Source of the DNA: an uncultured bacterium
GTDB taxonomy: Bacteria; Hydrothermota; UBA3072; B12-G15
Assembly: GCA_964596115.1 (NCBI GenBank)
Contig: CAZQRW010000003.1
Coordinates: 5,883 to 69,882 of the forward strand
DNA length: 64,000 bases
Reading direction: 5' to 3'
A model generated the notes under the pieces. The model worked only from the letters and a program-made list of their open reading frames with translations, did no database searches and had not been told where the DNA came from. Made by a program: the position numbers and the translations under genes. The stretch's first letter is position 1; every line of letters begins with the position of its first letter. Shown piece by piece: positions 29,158-38,874 of the stretch.

Positions 29158-29864
29158 GGAATATAAAAATCACGATAGAATATGATGGGACAGATTTCTA
29201 TGGTTGGCAAAGGCAACCCTCAAAGAGAACTGTCCAGGGGGATATAGAAAGGGTCATAAGGCGTATTACTGGTGAAAAAACAAGTGTAAAAGGTTCGGGG
29301 AGAACAGATGCAGGAGTGCATGCAGTAGGTCAGGTCGCGAATTTTTTCTTAGAAAAAGATATACGTTTAGAAAGATTAATGGCAAGTATGAATAGTTTAC
29401 TTAATAATGATATTTACATAAAGTTCATAGAATCAGTTCCAAAAGATTTTGATGCCAGATTTTCCGCTATTTCTAGAACTTATAGATATTATTTGTTTTT
29501 AGGGAGGTCACCCATCAGAAGGAGGTATGTATGGGAATTTTCTCATCCTTTAAACCTCGATATAATGATAAAATCAACGGATATGTTTAGAGGAGAGAAG
29601 GATTATACTCATCTTTCTACAAAGGATTCTGGAAAATGCACGGTTCTGCGGGTAGATATGTTAAAAGATAATGAAACTGTCATTATTGAAATTGAAGCAA
29701 ATAGATTTCTCAGAAGGATGGTTAGGGGGATAATTGGTACACTTATTAGTCTGGGCACTGGCAAAATGAAGATCGAGGATTTAGCCCTTATTTTCTTGGG
29801 AAAAATAAAGAGGCCAGGAATAGCCCCTCCTCAAGGTTTATTCCTGTACAATGTAAGATATTAG
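29154..29864 (+). CDS. truA: tRNA pseudouridine(38-40) synthase
   Basis: 236 aa. IEYDGTDFYGWQRQP..., GRTDAGVHAVGQV. Confidence 0.9.
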   Translation: MRNIKITIEYDGTDFYGWQRQPSKRTVQGDIERVIRRITGEKTSVKGSGRTDAGVHAVGQVANFFLEKDIRLERLMASMNSLLNNDIYIKFIESVPKDFDARFSAISRTYRYYLFLGRSPIRRRYVWEFSHPLNLDIMIKSTDMFRGEKDYTHLSTKDSGKCTVLRVDMLKDNETVIIEIEANRFLRRMVRGIIGTLISLGTGKMKIEDLALIFLGKIKRPGIAPPQGLFLYNVRY

Positions 29865-29965
29865 ATTAGTAAAAAAAATTTTATCTTTAGTGATATTTTT
29901 TCCAGGGTTTTTGTTGATAGTAAAAGTGTTTCTCGTGATGTAATGTATAGTTGTTTTTAGTCCAA

Positions 29966-29996
29966 AGAAAAGGGGGGCTTTTCCCCCCCCTTTTTT
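29966..29996. terminator. bidirectional rho-independent terminator (A6-GGGGGG-cttt-CCCCCCCC-T6)
   Basis: A G6/C8 hairpin at 29972-29990, flanked by an A-run upstream and a T-run downstream. It sits between convergent truA (+) and hsp20 (-). Confidence 0.7.
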
Positions 29997-30441
29997 ACTT
30001 CACAGAGACCTCGATTTCTTTTGGTTTAGATTTCTCAGATTTAGGAAGATTTATTTTAAGGACACCATGTTCATAAGAAGCTTTAATTTTGTTCTCGTCA
30101 ACTTCTACAGGGAGTGTTATTACTCTTTGAAATTTACCATAGGAGCGTTCAATTCTGTGGTAAGTTTCATCTTTTTCCTCTTTTTCTAACTTCCTTTCAC
30201 CGCTTATAGATAGCTGGTCTCCGTGGATGGTAACCTTGACATCTTCCTTTTTCATACCGGGCAATTCTGCAGTAACAACAATGTTGTCTCTGGTTTCCTT
30301 TATGTCCACAGCTGGAAACCAAATTTCCTCACCTTTTTCGGGTAGAATTCCAAGATACTCCTTGAATATTCTGTCAAAGTCATCCTTAAGGGATATTAAA
30401 TCTCTGAATGGATCCCATTTAGCAATATCTCTTTTAGCCAT
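29995..30441 (-). CDS. Hsp20/alpha-crystallin family small heat-shock protein
   Basis: 148 aa alpha-crystallin domain (FPAVDIKETRDNIVVTAELPGMKKEDVKVTIHGDQLSISGERK) with a C-terminal IxI-like tail. RBS AAAGGAGGTGATAAT-ATG. Confidence 0.9.
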   Translation of the reverse strand: MAKRDIAKWDPFRDLISLKDDFDRIFKEYLGILPEKGEEIWFPAVDIKETRDNIVVTAELPGMKKEDVKVTIHGDQLSISGERKLEKEEKDETYHRIERSYGKFQRVITLPVEVDENKIKASYEHGVLKINLPKSEKSKPKEIEVSVK

Positions 30442-30569
30442 ATTATCACCTCCTTTTATCTATAATTATCTTTACACGATTTCCATAATAATAATAATTA
30501 AAAATTATCTTTTGTCAAGGGTTAACAATTATTTTTTTTAAAAAATTCTATTGACAAACCTGAAGAAGT

Positions 30570-31049
30570 ATGTTAAAAGGAGATATGAAGTTTAGAGAGA
30601 TTTTTAAATCTATAAAAGTTATCTTGGATCTTGAAGCAAAAGATAAAACAGAAGCGATTAAAAAGATAGTTGGATATCTTCCTATAAACAGTGATGAAAA
30701 AAAGGAAATATTATTTAGTGCCATAATAAGCAGAGAAAAATTAGGTTCTACAGGGATTGGGCACGGTATTGCTGTTCCTCATGCCAGAAGCCTTATTCCC
30801 AGAGATCTTTGTGTTGTTGTTGCAAGATTGAAAAACCCAATTGATTTTGAATCTCTTGACAATAAACCTGTTAGGTTGATTTTTCTTGTAGTTGCTCCCC
30901 CTATTGATTTCAAGAATAGATATTTAATAACCCTTGGCAAGATTGCAGAGATATCAAGAAAGATTGCAAACGATAAGAGGATATTTAATATTGAAAAAGA
31001 AGAAGAGTTTTTGAGAGAACTCGAACGGCTTTTAGATAAATCAAAATGA
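30570..31049 (+). CDS. ptsN: PTS EIIA type-2 domain protein (PtsN/EIIA-Ntr-like)
   Basis: Active-site GIAVPHARS, preceded by GSTGIGHG. The likely true start is the ATG at 30585, which follows the RBS AAAGGAG. Upstream TTGACA at 30551-30556. Confidence 0.7.
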   Translation: MLKGDMKFREIFKSIKVILDLEAKDKTEAIKKIVGYLPINSDEKKEILFSAIISREKLGSTGIGHGIAVPHARSLIPRDLCVVVARLKNPIDFESLDNKPVRLIFLVVAPPIDFKNRYLITLGKIAEISRKIANDKRIFNIEKEEEFLRELERLLDKSK

Positions 31050-31381
31050 ATTCTCAATTAGTTTATCTAATATCTCTACAGGAGATTGATATGCTTATTA
31101 AGGATAAGAAAAGGGAGGAAAAAGCAGGTTATAAAATGGAGGACATTGAGGAATTTAACAAAGCAAGGGAAAGTATACTCTCTCATATTGAACCACATCT
31201 CCTCAGAAAATACCAGCGATTAAAGGAACGATATGGTAATGCAGTAGTCCCAGTAGTTGCAGGCATATGTCAGGGTTGTTTTATGCTTCTTCCTACCTCT
31301 CTCGTTTCTCAGAAGGGTAAAAACGAACGTATACATACTTGCCCAAATTGTGGAAGAATCCTTTTTTGGGCAGACGAATAG
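31046..31381 (+). CDS. C4 zinc-ribbon domain protein (COG1579-like, short form)
   Basis: 111 aa with a coiled-coil N-terminus and the C-terminus GICQGCFMLLP...HTCPNCGRILFW. Confidence 0.5.
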   Translation: MNSQLVYLISLQEIDMLIKDKKREEKAGYKMEDIEEFNKARESILSHIEPHLLRKYQRLKERYGNAVVPVVAGICQGCFMLLPTSLVSQKGKNERIHTCPNCGRILFWADE

Positions 31382-31382
31382 T

Positions 31383-32372
31383 CTAATTTAAAGAGTTAGC
31401 AGAAAATACAAAATAAGAATGATATCCATTTCTTTTTAAGATATTTATCTCTTTTTTAATATTAGTTTGGTTGCATATGAAAGCTCCTAATGATGGATAG
31501 GCCTTTTTAGGGAGTTTTTTTATTTGCCTGTAGAAATTATTGGTGTCGTTTGTGTAAATCATTGGAATAACAAAATCCACGATACCTTTCGATAACCATG
31601 TTTCCCAATCTTGATAATAAAATCTTTTTGCAATTTTACTATCCGACATAACACAGACACCGCAAGGTAATGAGATATCAGAAATTAGTTTTTGTAGGAA
31701 TGCTGTAATTTGCGAAGTTCTGTCCTGCGAGAAAATTAATTTTATGTTCCCATTGAGTATGAAAGTCAGAGGATCTTTGGGGGTAATATAGTATTTCTTG
31801 AAGAAGCTTTCAACTGCAGGATTTTCATAACCGAAGATTGAGGATGGGTACCTTAAATAATCAAATATTATACCGTCTATGGGATAATTATTAATCAATG
31901 TAAACAAATATTTATGTAGCATTTTTTCATAATCCATTGCGTAAGGAGAAATGAAGTATCCTGGCAAACCTCTTTTTTTTAATTCAATAATACTCATATC
32001 TATGTTTTTTTCCCCATATTTGTCAACTATAAACCACTCAGGATGGCTAAAAACAAGATGGTGAGCCTTATGTGGGAATGGTGCTTGAGACCACGAGTAA
32101 AATACATTTATCCAGGAGAAGACTTTTATATTGTTCTTATGAGCACTTTCAATTAATATTTTCAGTATATCCTTGTTAGTTTTCAATTCTTCAAATCTCG
32201 GGAAAAATTTATTTTTGAATATAGATTCCCCCCTGGCAAATGTCTGTATAGCTATTGTATTCAGGTGATTTTTTTTGCATTTTTCAATAATAGTTTGTAC
32301 TTCCTGATCTTTTACCAGTTCCCATCTAATTACAAAAAGACCTTTAATAGAAAGGAATAAGAGAAAGAGCAT
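31383..32372 (-). CDS. secreted glycoside-hydrolase-like family 10 (GHL10/DUF187) protein
   Basis: 329 aa with an N-terminal signal peptide and TIM-barrel-like motifs (NTIAIQTF, GIIFDYLRYP) typical of GHL10. Confidence 0.55.
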   Translation of the reverse strand: MLFLLFLSIKGLFVIRWELVKDQEVQTIIEKCKKNHLNTIAIQTFARGESIFKNKFFPRFEELKTNKDILKILIESAHKNNIKVFSWINVFYSWSQAPFPHKAHHLVFSHPEWFIVDKYGEKNIDMSIIELKKRGLPGYFISPYAMDYEKMLHKYLFTLINNYPIDGIIFDYLRYPSSIFGYENPAVESFFKKYYITPKDPLTFILNGNIKLIFSQDRTSQITAFLQKLISDISLPCGVCVMSDSKIAKRFYYQDWETWLSKGIVDFVIPMIYTNDTNNFYRQIKKLPKKAYPSLGAFICNQTNIKKEINILKRNGYHSYFVFSANSLN

Positions 32373-33286
32373 TATAGATGGTTTCTAAACCAATCATACG
32401 TTCGTTTTAAACCTTCCTCAAGGGTAAATTGAGTAGACCATCCAAGTTTTTCTTTTGCCTTGGAGACATTTAGTGATATCCTATCAACCTCTCCTTCTCT
32501 CTTTGGCTTGTACACAGGTTTTGTATCCTTATGGGCTATTTTTTGAAGAAGGTTTAGAAGTTCTTCTACGCTTGTTTCTATCCCTGAGCTTATGTTGAAT
32601 GTATCTCTGTGACCTTTATGAATAGAAAGAATATTAGCAGAAACAACATCTTCTACGAATACGTAGTCTCTTTTCATTTTTCCAAAACCGTAAAGAATTG
32701 GTTTTGCATCTTCAATTAAAGCCTTTGAAAATATAGCAACTACACCTGCTTCTCCATAAGGATCTTGCCTTGGACCATAGACATTTCCATATCTCAGTAT
32801 AGTGTAATTCAAATCCTCCCAGAAGCCAAAAATACGCAAATAATGCTCTGCAGATAATTTCGAGACGCCATACGCAGACATTGGCTCAGGGATCATTTTT
32901 TCATCTGCAAACACTTTATCGCCATATATGGCCCCACCTGTGGATGAAAATATAAATTTTTTCACCCCTGCTTTGATGGAGGCTTTTATGATGTTAATCG
33001 TTCCACCAATATTAACAGATTGATCAAATAGTGGATCCTTCAGGGATTTCCTTACATCTATTTGTGCAGCAAGATGGAAAACAAGGTCAGGTTTAAAGGA
33101 TAAAAAAATGTGGTCAATTGTTCTATCCCGAATATCCAGTTTCAGAAATCGTGCCTTTGTATTAAGGTTATTTTTTTTACCTGTTGATAAGTCATCTATA
33201 ATTAAAACTTGATTCTTTTCTTTGAGTAGCCTATCAACAAGATGAGAGCCAATAAATCCAGCGCCTCCAGTAACAATTGCCTTCAT
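32372..33286 (-). CDS. NAD-dependent nucleotide-sugar epimerase/dehydratase (SDR, GalE/TviC-like)
   Basis: 304 aa. GGAGFIGSHLVDRLL Rossmann fold and the YxxxK catalytic pair (YGVSKLSAE). Confidence 0.85.
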   Translation of the reverse strand: MKAIVTGGAGFIGSHLVDRLLKEKNQVLIIDDLSTGKKNNLNTKARFLKLDIRDRTIDHIFLSFKPDLVFHLAAQIDVRKSLKDPLFDQSVNIGGTINIIKASIKAGVKKFIFSSTGGAIYGDKVFADEKMIPEPMSAYGVSKLSAEHYLRIFGFWEDLNYTILRYGNVYGPRQDPYGEAGVVAIFSKALIEDAKPILYGFGKMKRDYVFVEDVVSANILSIHKGHRDTFNISSGIETSVEELLNLLQKIAHKDTKPVYKPKREGEVDRISLNVSKAKEKLGWSTQFTLEEGLKRTYDWFRNHL

Positions 33287-34614
33287 TATCTTAAGCCAAG
33301 TTTATAAATTTTGTTTGAATTTATGCCTTTTGTGGCATTGCGGGTATCAAGAATTATTGTTGAGTGTTTTACAATAAAATTAAAATCATAAAAATCATGT
33401 GCATCGATAATTACAAGGGCATTTGCACTTTTTAAAGTTTTTTCAGTTATTTCTGTAGATTTATAGGTTTTGTTATTTATAGTAATCTGTGGAACGAAAG
33501 GATCATTATATAAGATTTTTCCTGCTCGAGGGGAGAGCAGTTTTATTATTCTAATCGCAGCAGAATTTCTCGTATCTTTTATATTTTCTTTAAATGCAAC
33601 GCCAAGAATAAATATAGTAGATCCCTTCAGCATAATATTATTTTGATTCAGGATATATTGAAGTTTATCTACAACATAGTATGGCATATTTTCGTTTACT
33701 CTTGCAGATAATTCAATAAAAGAAGTATGAAAATCATACTCTCTTGCTTTCCAGGAGAGATAATATGGATCAATTGGTATACAATGTCCGCCAAGGCCAG
33801 GGCCTGGGTAAAAGGGCATATACCCAAATGGTTTGGTTTTCGCAGCTTCAATAACTTCCCATATATCGATATTGCCCATTCTTTCACATAAGAGTGCAAG
33901 CTCGTTCACAAGTGCTATATTTACATTCCTGAATATATTCTCGAGTAATTTTGTCATTTCTGCAACCCTCGGTGAGGATACAATGTGAACCTTATCAACT
34001 ATTTTTTTATAGAGTAGGGCAGTTAGCCTTGTGCATTCAGGAGTGACACCACCAACTACAACGGGAATCTCGTGAGGCCTAAATTTTTTGTTTCCTGGAT
34101 CTACTCTTTCTGGAGCAAAAGAGAGAAAAAAATCTTTGCCGACACTTAGACCGCTTTTTTCAAGTATGGGGAGCACCTCTTTTTCTGTGGTTTCTGGATA
34201 TGTGGTACTTTTTAAAATAATGAGTTGGTCTTTTCTAAGGTATTTTGAAATTTCTTCTGCTGCTGCCATTACGAATCTGAGATCCGGATCCTTTGTTGCA
34301 GTAAACGGTGTAGGAACACAGATATTTATGACGTCACAATCAGAAATCATTTTGTAATCATTGTAAAAAGTAAATTGGCCATTCTTTACATAAGGTTTAA
34401 TATCTTCATTTGTAACATCATCTATGTATGAAATCCCCTTTTTTAACATATGGAGTTTTTCGTTAGAAAGGTCTATACCAATCACCTTATAGTTCTTTTG
34501 TAGAAAAGAAAAGGCCAATGGTATACCTACATAACCTAGACCCACTATTCCAATTACTGCAGTTTTTTCATTTATTTTTTTGTCAAGCATAATGAGATTA
34601 TATGATTCAGGCAT
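33286..34614 (-). CDS. UDP-sugar 6-dehydrogenase family protein (TviB/WbpA-like UDP-GlcNAc dehydrogenase)
   Basis: 442 aa. N-terminal GIVGLGYVGIPLA Rossmann fold and a catalytic Cys region (GGHCIPID). Overlaps the epimerase by 1 nt. Confidence 0.85.
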   Translation of the reverse strand: MPESYNLIMLDKKINEKTAVIGIVGLGYVGIPLAFSFLQKNYKVIGIDLSNEKLHMLKKGISYIDDVTNEDIKPYVKNGQFTFYNDYKMISDCDVINICVPTPFTATKDPDLRFVMAAAEEISKYLRKDQLIILKSTTYPETTEKEVLPILEKSGLSVGKDFFLSFAPERVDPGNKKFRPHEIPVVVGGVTPECTRLTALLYKKIVDKVHIVSSPRVAEMTKLLENIFRNVNIALVNELALLCERMGNIDIWEVIEAAKTKPFGYMPFYPGPGLGGHCIPIDPYYLSWKAREYDFHTSFIELSARVNENMPYYVVDKLQYILNQNNIMLKGSTIFILGVAFKENIKDTRNSAAIRIIKLLSPRAGKILYNDPFVPQITINNKTYKSTEITEKTLKSANALVIIDAHDFYDFNFIVKHSTIILDTRNATKGINSNKIYKLGLR

Positions 34615-34762
34615 ATTTTGTCAAGTGAGAAACAAGTTTTGAATCGCCGATTTATCATTCGGGAGATTTTTCTTAATATTAAGTTGCCATCTGATTGCTT
34701 TATAAGATATCATAGTCTTTATGAATGGGCATATAGTAGTAACTAGGGTAATAAAAATTTAT

Positions 34763-34789
34763 TGACATGATTTATAAGTAGTATATAAT
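34763..34789 (+). promoter_or_regulatory. sigma70-like promoter TTGACA-15-TATAAT upstream of tatA
   Basis: -35 at 34763-34768 and -10 at 34784-34789. The spacer is slightly short. SD AAGGAGAG follows. Confidence 0.35.
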
Positions 34790-34808
34790 TAAAAAAAAGG
34801 AGAGAAAT

Positions 34809-35033
34809 ATGTTTGGAACAATTGGATGGCCAGAGATTATTTTAATTCTGGTAGTTATTCTTCTTATTTTTGGTGCTAGAAAATTACCAGAGGCAGGTAA
34901 AGCACTTGGAAAGGGAATTAGGGAATTTAAAAAAGCCTTAAAGGGCATAGAAGAGGATATTGAGGAACCTGGAGAAGAAAAGGAAGAGAACAAATCAGAC
35001 GAAACACAGAAAAAGAAGGGGAAAAGAAAATGA
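34809..35033 (+). CDS. tatA: twin-arginine translocase subunit TatA/E
   Basis: 74 aa with a TM helix and amphipathic helix (GWPEIILILVVILLIFGARKLPEAGKALGKGIREFK), then a charged tail. Confidence 0.85.
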   Translation: MFGTIGWPEIILILVVILLIFGARKLPEAGKALGKGIREFKKALKGIEEDIEEPGEEKEENKSDETQKKKGKRK

Positions 35034-35887
35034 GAATATCAAGGAGGAATTTTTTAAAGATTGCTGGAATGAGCATTTTTTTTGGTGGGGGTATAACGCA
35101 GCTTTTTGGGGGTGAGTATGAACATTCGAGAAAATATCATTTCTGGAAAAACGGCAAATTTTCTCAGAAAACTGTTGACTCTTCTGAGGCGAACAATGGA
35201 ATAATAAGGGCTAAAATAGATGGAAGGTGGAGAGAGTATAGTATTAGAGCACTGCCAGAAAAATTTATGAAATGGAATGTTGCAAAAAGACTTGAGACAC
35301 TGAATAAAATGATGAAAGGTGAAGAACCTTCACTTGCTGGGCCTCATTCTGGTATGATCGCTTCTTATGGTGTTAAAAGGAGGGATTCAAAGTTTTCTCT
35401 GAATAACGCTGTCAAAGGAATAGGATTTGTTCCTAAAGAGGATTTAATTAAGGAAAAAATAAAATATATGAGGAATACTTTTTCAGATTCTCCTATGAAA
35501 AAGATGGAATTTATAAAGAGCCTATACAGAAACCCCGAACAATTAAATGATAAGCTTCAAGTGTCTCTAGAATTATATACGACCCCAGATTTTGAGACAC
35601 ATTCTTTTTTGAATCTGATGGCGAACCCAATAGCCACAATTGTTTTTCTAGATTTCCCCAGCTTTGAAATAAGAACTATCGCTAGGGTAATTCATCCTGA
35701 AGACAATACACCAGGAACATACGAAAAAGACTGCATTAAATACACAAATATGATCCATAGTTACTTTCATGGTGAGTTCAAAAGACAATTTATTGGACTT
35801 ATCTTTTATATTATTGAGGTTTTTGATAATACGCCTGGTGAAAAGGATGCACTTGGCCAGAGGATAGTCCCACCGATTCTAAAATAA
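35030..35887 (+). CDS. Tat-signal-bearing protein of unknown function
   Basis: 285 aa. The N-terminus MRISRRNFLKIAGMSIFFGGG is a canonical twin-arginine signal (SRRxFLK). The start overlaps the tatA stop by 4 nt. No cofactor motif was recognised. Confidence 0.55.
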   Translation: MRISRRNFLKIAGMSIFFGGGITQLFGGEYEHSRKYHFWKNGKFSQKTVDSSEANNGIIRAKIDGRWREYSIRALPEKFMKWNVAKRLETLNKMMKGEEPSLAGPHSGMIASYGVKRRDSKFSLNNAVKGIGFVPKEDLIKEKIKYMRNTFSDSPMKKMEFIKSLYRNPEQLNDKLQVSLELYTTPDFETHSFLNLMANPIATIVFLDFPSFEIRTIARVIHPEDNTPGTYEKDCIKYTNMIHSYFHGEFKRQFIGLIFYIIEVFDNTPGEKDALGQRIVPPILK

Positions 35888-35947
35888 TTATGGATTTATA
35901 GTAAAATCATTTTGTAAGATAGAGAGATATAAATATGAGATGTATTT

Positions 35948-37582
35948 TTAAAATATAGTTTTTAATTTATCCTGTTCTCCAATAATTTCTTTTATCCTAT
36001 CTTGTTTCACTTCGATCACATCGAGAAATGCTTCTACGATATTTGGATCAAAGTGGGTGCCAGCATCTTTCTTCAATCTTCTAACTGCTTCGGTAAGTGA
36101 CAATCTTTTTCTGTAAGGCCTGTCGGTTGTCATTGCGTCAAATGCATCTGCGACAGTTATTATCTTTGAAATAATAGGGATCTTTCTTCCTTTTAAACCA
36201 GCAGGATATCCTGAACCATCGTATTTTTCATGATGGTGAAGTATTCCTTGAATAACCAGTGGTTTATTCAATGGTTCCATAATTTTTGCTCCCCTTACAG
36301 GATGTTGTTTTATGACAGCGTACTCTTTTTTCGATAATTTCCCTGGTTTTAGTAGAATACTGTCAGGTATTCCTATTTTTCCTACGTCATGTAATAATGC
36401 AGCTAATTCAAGCGCATTTCTTTCATCAGGTGAAAGTTTTAGCGTCTTAGCAATAAGTGTTGAATATGAAGTTACCCTTGCCGTATGACCTTTTGTATAG
36501 GGATCTTTTGCTTCGATAGCATTCACTATCAATCTAATTGTATTCCTAAATAGTATTTCGAGTTCTTTATAAAGGCTGGCATTTTCTATTGCAACGGATG
36601 CCTGCTTTGCTATTGCCTCGAAAAGCGTAATGTCTTCCTCGCTGAAGTGCTCGCCTCCTCTTTTGTTAAGGACTTCTGAAACACCAACAATTCTATTTTT
36701 TCTTCTTAGGGGGACAGCAATAATTGATTTTGTAATGAACTTTGTCTTTTTATCCACGCCAGAGTAGAATCGAGGATCCTTTGAAACATCAGGAACATAA
36801 AGGGTCTCACCATGTGCAGCAACCCAGCCAGCAACCCCTTTTCCCCAGGGCACTCTTATTTCTCTTAATGACTCTTTTTTTTCTCCTGTAGCCGCAATGA
36901 AATAGAGGTCTTTTTTCTCTTCATCTATTAAAAAAATAGAACTTGCCTCGGCATTGAGGGTTTCTCTTGCAATTTCCATTATCTTTTCGAGGAGTGTCTG
37001 TAAGTCGAGCATTCCACCAAATTGGAGGGATATGTCGATGAGAGCTTTAAGCTTATCTAACTCTCTTTGGTTGATATCATATAATCTCATTCGTTCTATT
37101 TCAAAACCAAATACAGGAATTACACTCTTTATAATTTCTATGTCATCTTCGTTGAACCCATCCTTTTTATTCATTAATTCAATGACCCCTACAAGCCTGC
37201 CATCGATTATAATTGGAGCAGCAACAAGATTTATTGGATGGTAGTTTTCATCCTTTATCAATTCTAACCATCTCTTATCATTTTTAATATCATTCGAGAC
37301 AACTATACTTCTTTTTTTTGCGGCAATTCCAGAGAGCCCCATACCTATTTTTATTTCTTTGCCAACAATATTCTTTGGTCCTCTATAATTAGCAAAGAAA
37401 AAGAGCTTCTGATCTCTTTTAAGAAGGAGACTTCCTTCTCCTGCACTAATACCTTCAACGATTGTTTTTAAAAAGTTTGTAGCGACATTCTTCATATCAA
37501 AAGAAGTTGTCATTCCAGAAAGGAGATTTTCAATAATCTGAGTTTTTCTTATTGTCTTATGATCCAATTCTTTTGAGCTCAT
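35948..37582 (-). CDS. GAF-GAF-HD-GYP domain c-di-GMP phosphodiesterase
   Basis: 544 aa with two GAF domains, then an HD-GYP domain (HDVGKIGIPD..., HHEKYDGSGYP). Confidence 0.85.
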   Translation of the reverse strand: MSSKELDHKTIRKTQIIENLLSGMTTSFDMKNVATNFLKTIVEGISAGEGSLLLKRDQKLFFFANYRGPKNIVGKEIKIGMGLSGIAAKKRSIVVSNDIKNDKRWLELIKDENYHPINLVAAPIIIDGRLVGVIELMNKKDGFNEDDIEIIKSVIPVFGFEIERMRLYDINQRELDKLKALIDISLQFGGMLDLQTLLEKIMEIARETLNAEASSIFLIDEEKKDLYFIAATGEKKESLREIRVPWGKGVAGWVAAHGETLYVPDVSKDPRFYSGVDKKTKFITKSIIAVPLRRKNRIVGVSEVLNKRGGEHFSEEDITLFEAIAKQASVAIENASLYKELEILFRNTIRLIVNAIEAKDPYTKGHTARVTSYSTLIAKTLKLSPDERNALELAALLHDVGKIGIPDSILLKPGKLSKKEYAVIKQHPVRGAKIMEPLNKPLVIQGILHHHEKYDGSGYPAGLKGRKIPIISKIITVADAFDAMTTDRPYRKRLSLTEAVRRLKKDAGTHFDPNIVEAFLDVIEVKQDRIKEIIGEQDKLKTIF

Positions 37583-38636
37583 ATTGTCTTTTTCCTAATC
37601 CAATTTTTTCTGCATAGTCAAGTTGATACTCAGGGAAAGTTCCTCTATTAACTACTTCGAATTTATCAACTTTTTCTTGAGAATAGTCGTAATTCTGGGT
37701 CCAATTCGAACCCTTTACAAGATCAAAGGACGCCTGATCAATTGCAACAGGATCATTAGAGAGTAGTATTCCTATATCAGGAACAATGGGGGCATCGCTA
37801 AATGGGTAACAATCGCATTGGGGAGAAATATTTGTGAGAAAGTTTATGTAAATTGCCTGCTTGGAAAACACAACTCCATAGGCATACTCGACCATTTTTT
37901 CAACCAGACTTCTTATAGGTGCATCCCATTTTATCTTTATTGCATTGAAAGGACAGATTCCTATACATTCACCACATCCAATGCATTTTTTTTTATCTAT
38001 GACCGCAATTCTATTAACCATACTTATTGCATCAACAGGACAGAATATCTCACATTTTTTACATCCTGTGCAATATTCTTCTTTTATGATGGGAATTGCA
38101 TTTGAATGCATTGAGAGTTTGCCCTCTTTTATAGCACATCCCATTCCAAGATTCTTTATTGCCCCTCCAAAACCTGTTTGTTCGTGTCCTTTAAAGTGAG
38201 TAACTACAACAATTTTATCAGAATTTCTTATGGCTTCTGCGATTTTAACAGTACTATAATGTTTTTTGTTTATCTTGACAGGAACATAGGAAGTTCCAAA
38301 CATTCCGTCAGCGATGATGATGGGGGCGAAATTAAATCCATTCCAGCTGGCGGTATTTAGATAATCAACAGCCGTAGATCTTGAGCCTTTATACAAAGTT
38401 GTCGTATCTGTAAGGAAGGGTTTTGTGCCTAAGGAGATAAGGAATTCGTAAATTTGTTTAACAAATATTGGCCTTACAAAGCTAGTATTATTTTTTTCAC
38501 CCATATGAAGTTTAATAGCAATAATATCACCCTTCTCGAAGATTTTGTAGAATGTACTTCTTTGTAATACTTCAATTATTCTTTTGAGTAAACTTTTTCT
38601 TGTCTTTAGAGGGATAAAGTAAACTTTTTTATTCAT
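37557..38636 (-). CDS. DUF362 domain protein with 2x[4Fe-4S] ferredoxin domain
   Basis: 359 aa. The N-terminal DUF362 is followed by CTGCKKCEIFCP and CIGCGECIGICP cluster motifs. Confidence 0.7.
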   Translation of the reverse strand: MNKKVYFIPLKTRKSLLKRIIEVLQRSTFYKIFEKGDIIAIKLHMGEKNNTSFVRPIFVKQIYEFLISLGTKPFLTDTTTLYKGSRSTAVDYLNTASWNGFNFAPIIIADGMFGTSYVPVKINKKHYSTVKIAEAIRNSDKIVVVTHFKGHEQTGFGGAIKNLGMGCAIKEGKLSMHSNAIPIIKEEYCTGCKKCEIFCPVDAISMVNRIAVIDKKKCIGCGECIGICPFNAIKIKWDAPIRSLVEKMVEYAYGVVFSKQAIYINFLTNISPQCDCYPFSDAPIVPDIGILLSNDPVAIDQASFDLVKGSNWTQNYDYSQEKVDKFEVVNRGTFPEYQLDYAEKIGLGKRQYELKRIGS

Positions 38637-38874
38637 TCTCTATAAAATCTCTTATTCGTGGTTCAACGTAGATATTCTCATTTATCAATGTTTTTAGTAT
38701 TTCTTTGAGAATTCTTAGTCTATAGGGCTCAGGGATTTTGTTACTTATAATAATATATTTTTTGTTGTATAGCCTACAGTATCCTCCCGGGGATAGAATC
38801 CTATCCATAAAGACATTAATTCCTAATCCCTTTATTATTTCAATCAAATAATCAGAGTTGATCTTTTCTTTCAT
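38629..38874 (-). CDS. small hypothetical protein
   Basis: 81 aa, overlapping both neighbours (by 8 and 23 nt) within a co-directional operon. No recognisable motif. Confidence 0.3.
   Translation of the reverse strand: MKEKINSDYLIEIIKGLGINVFMDRILSPGGYCRLYNKKYIIISNKIPEPYRLRILKEILKTLINENIYVEPRIRDFIENE

Noticed and set aside
30442-30569. CIRCE or other heat-shock operator upstream of hsp20
   Set aside because: No TTAGCACTC-N9-GAGTGCTAA-like inverted repeat was found. Only sigma70-like TTGACA boxes on both strands and a GTTAAC palindrome, which is too short to call.
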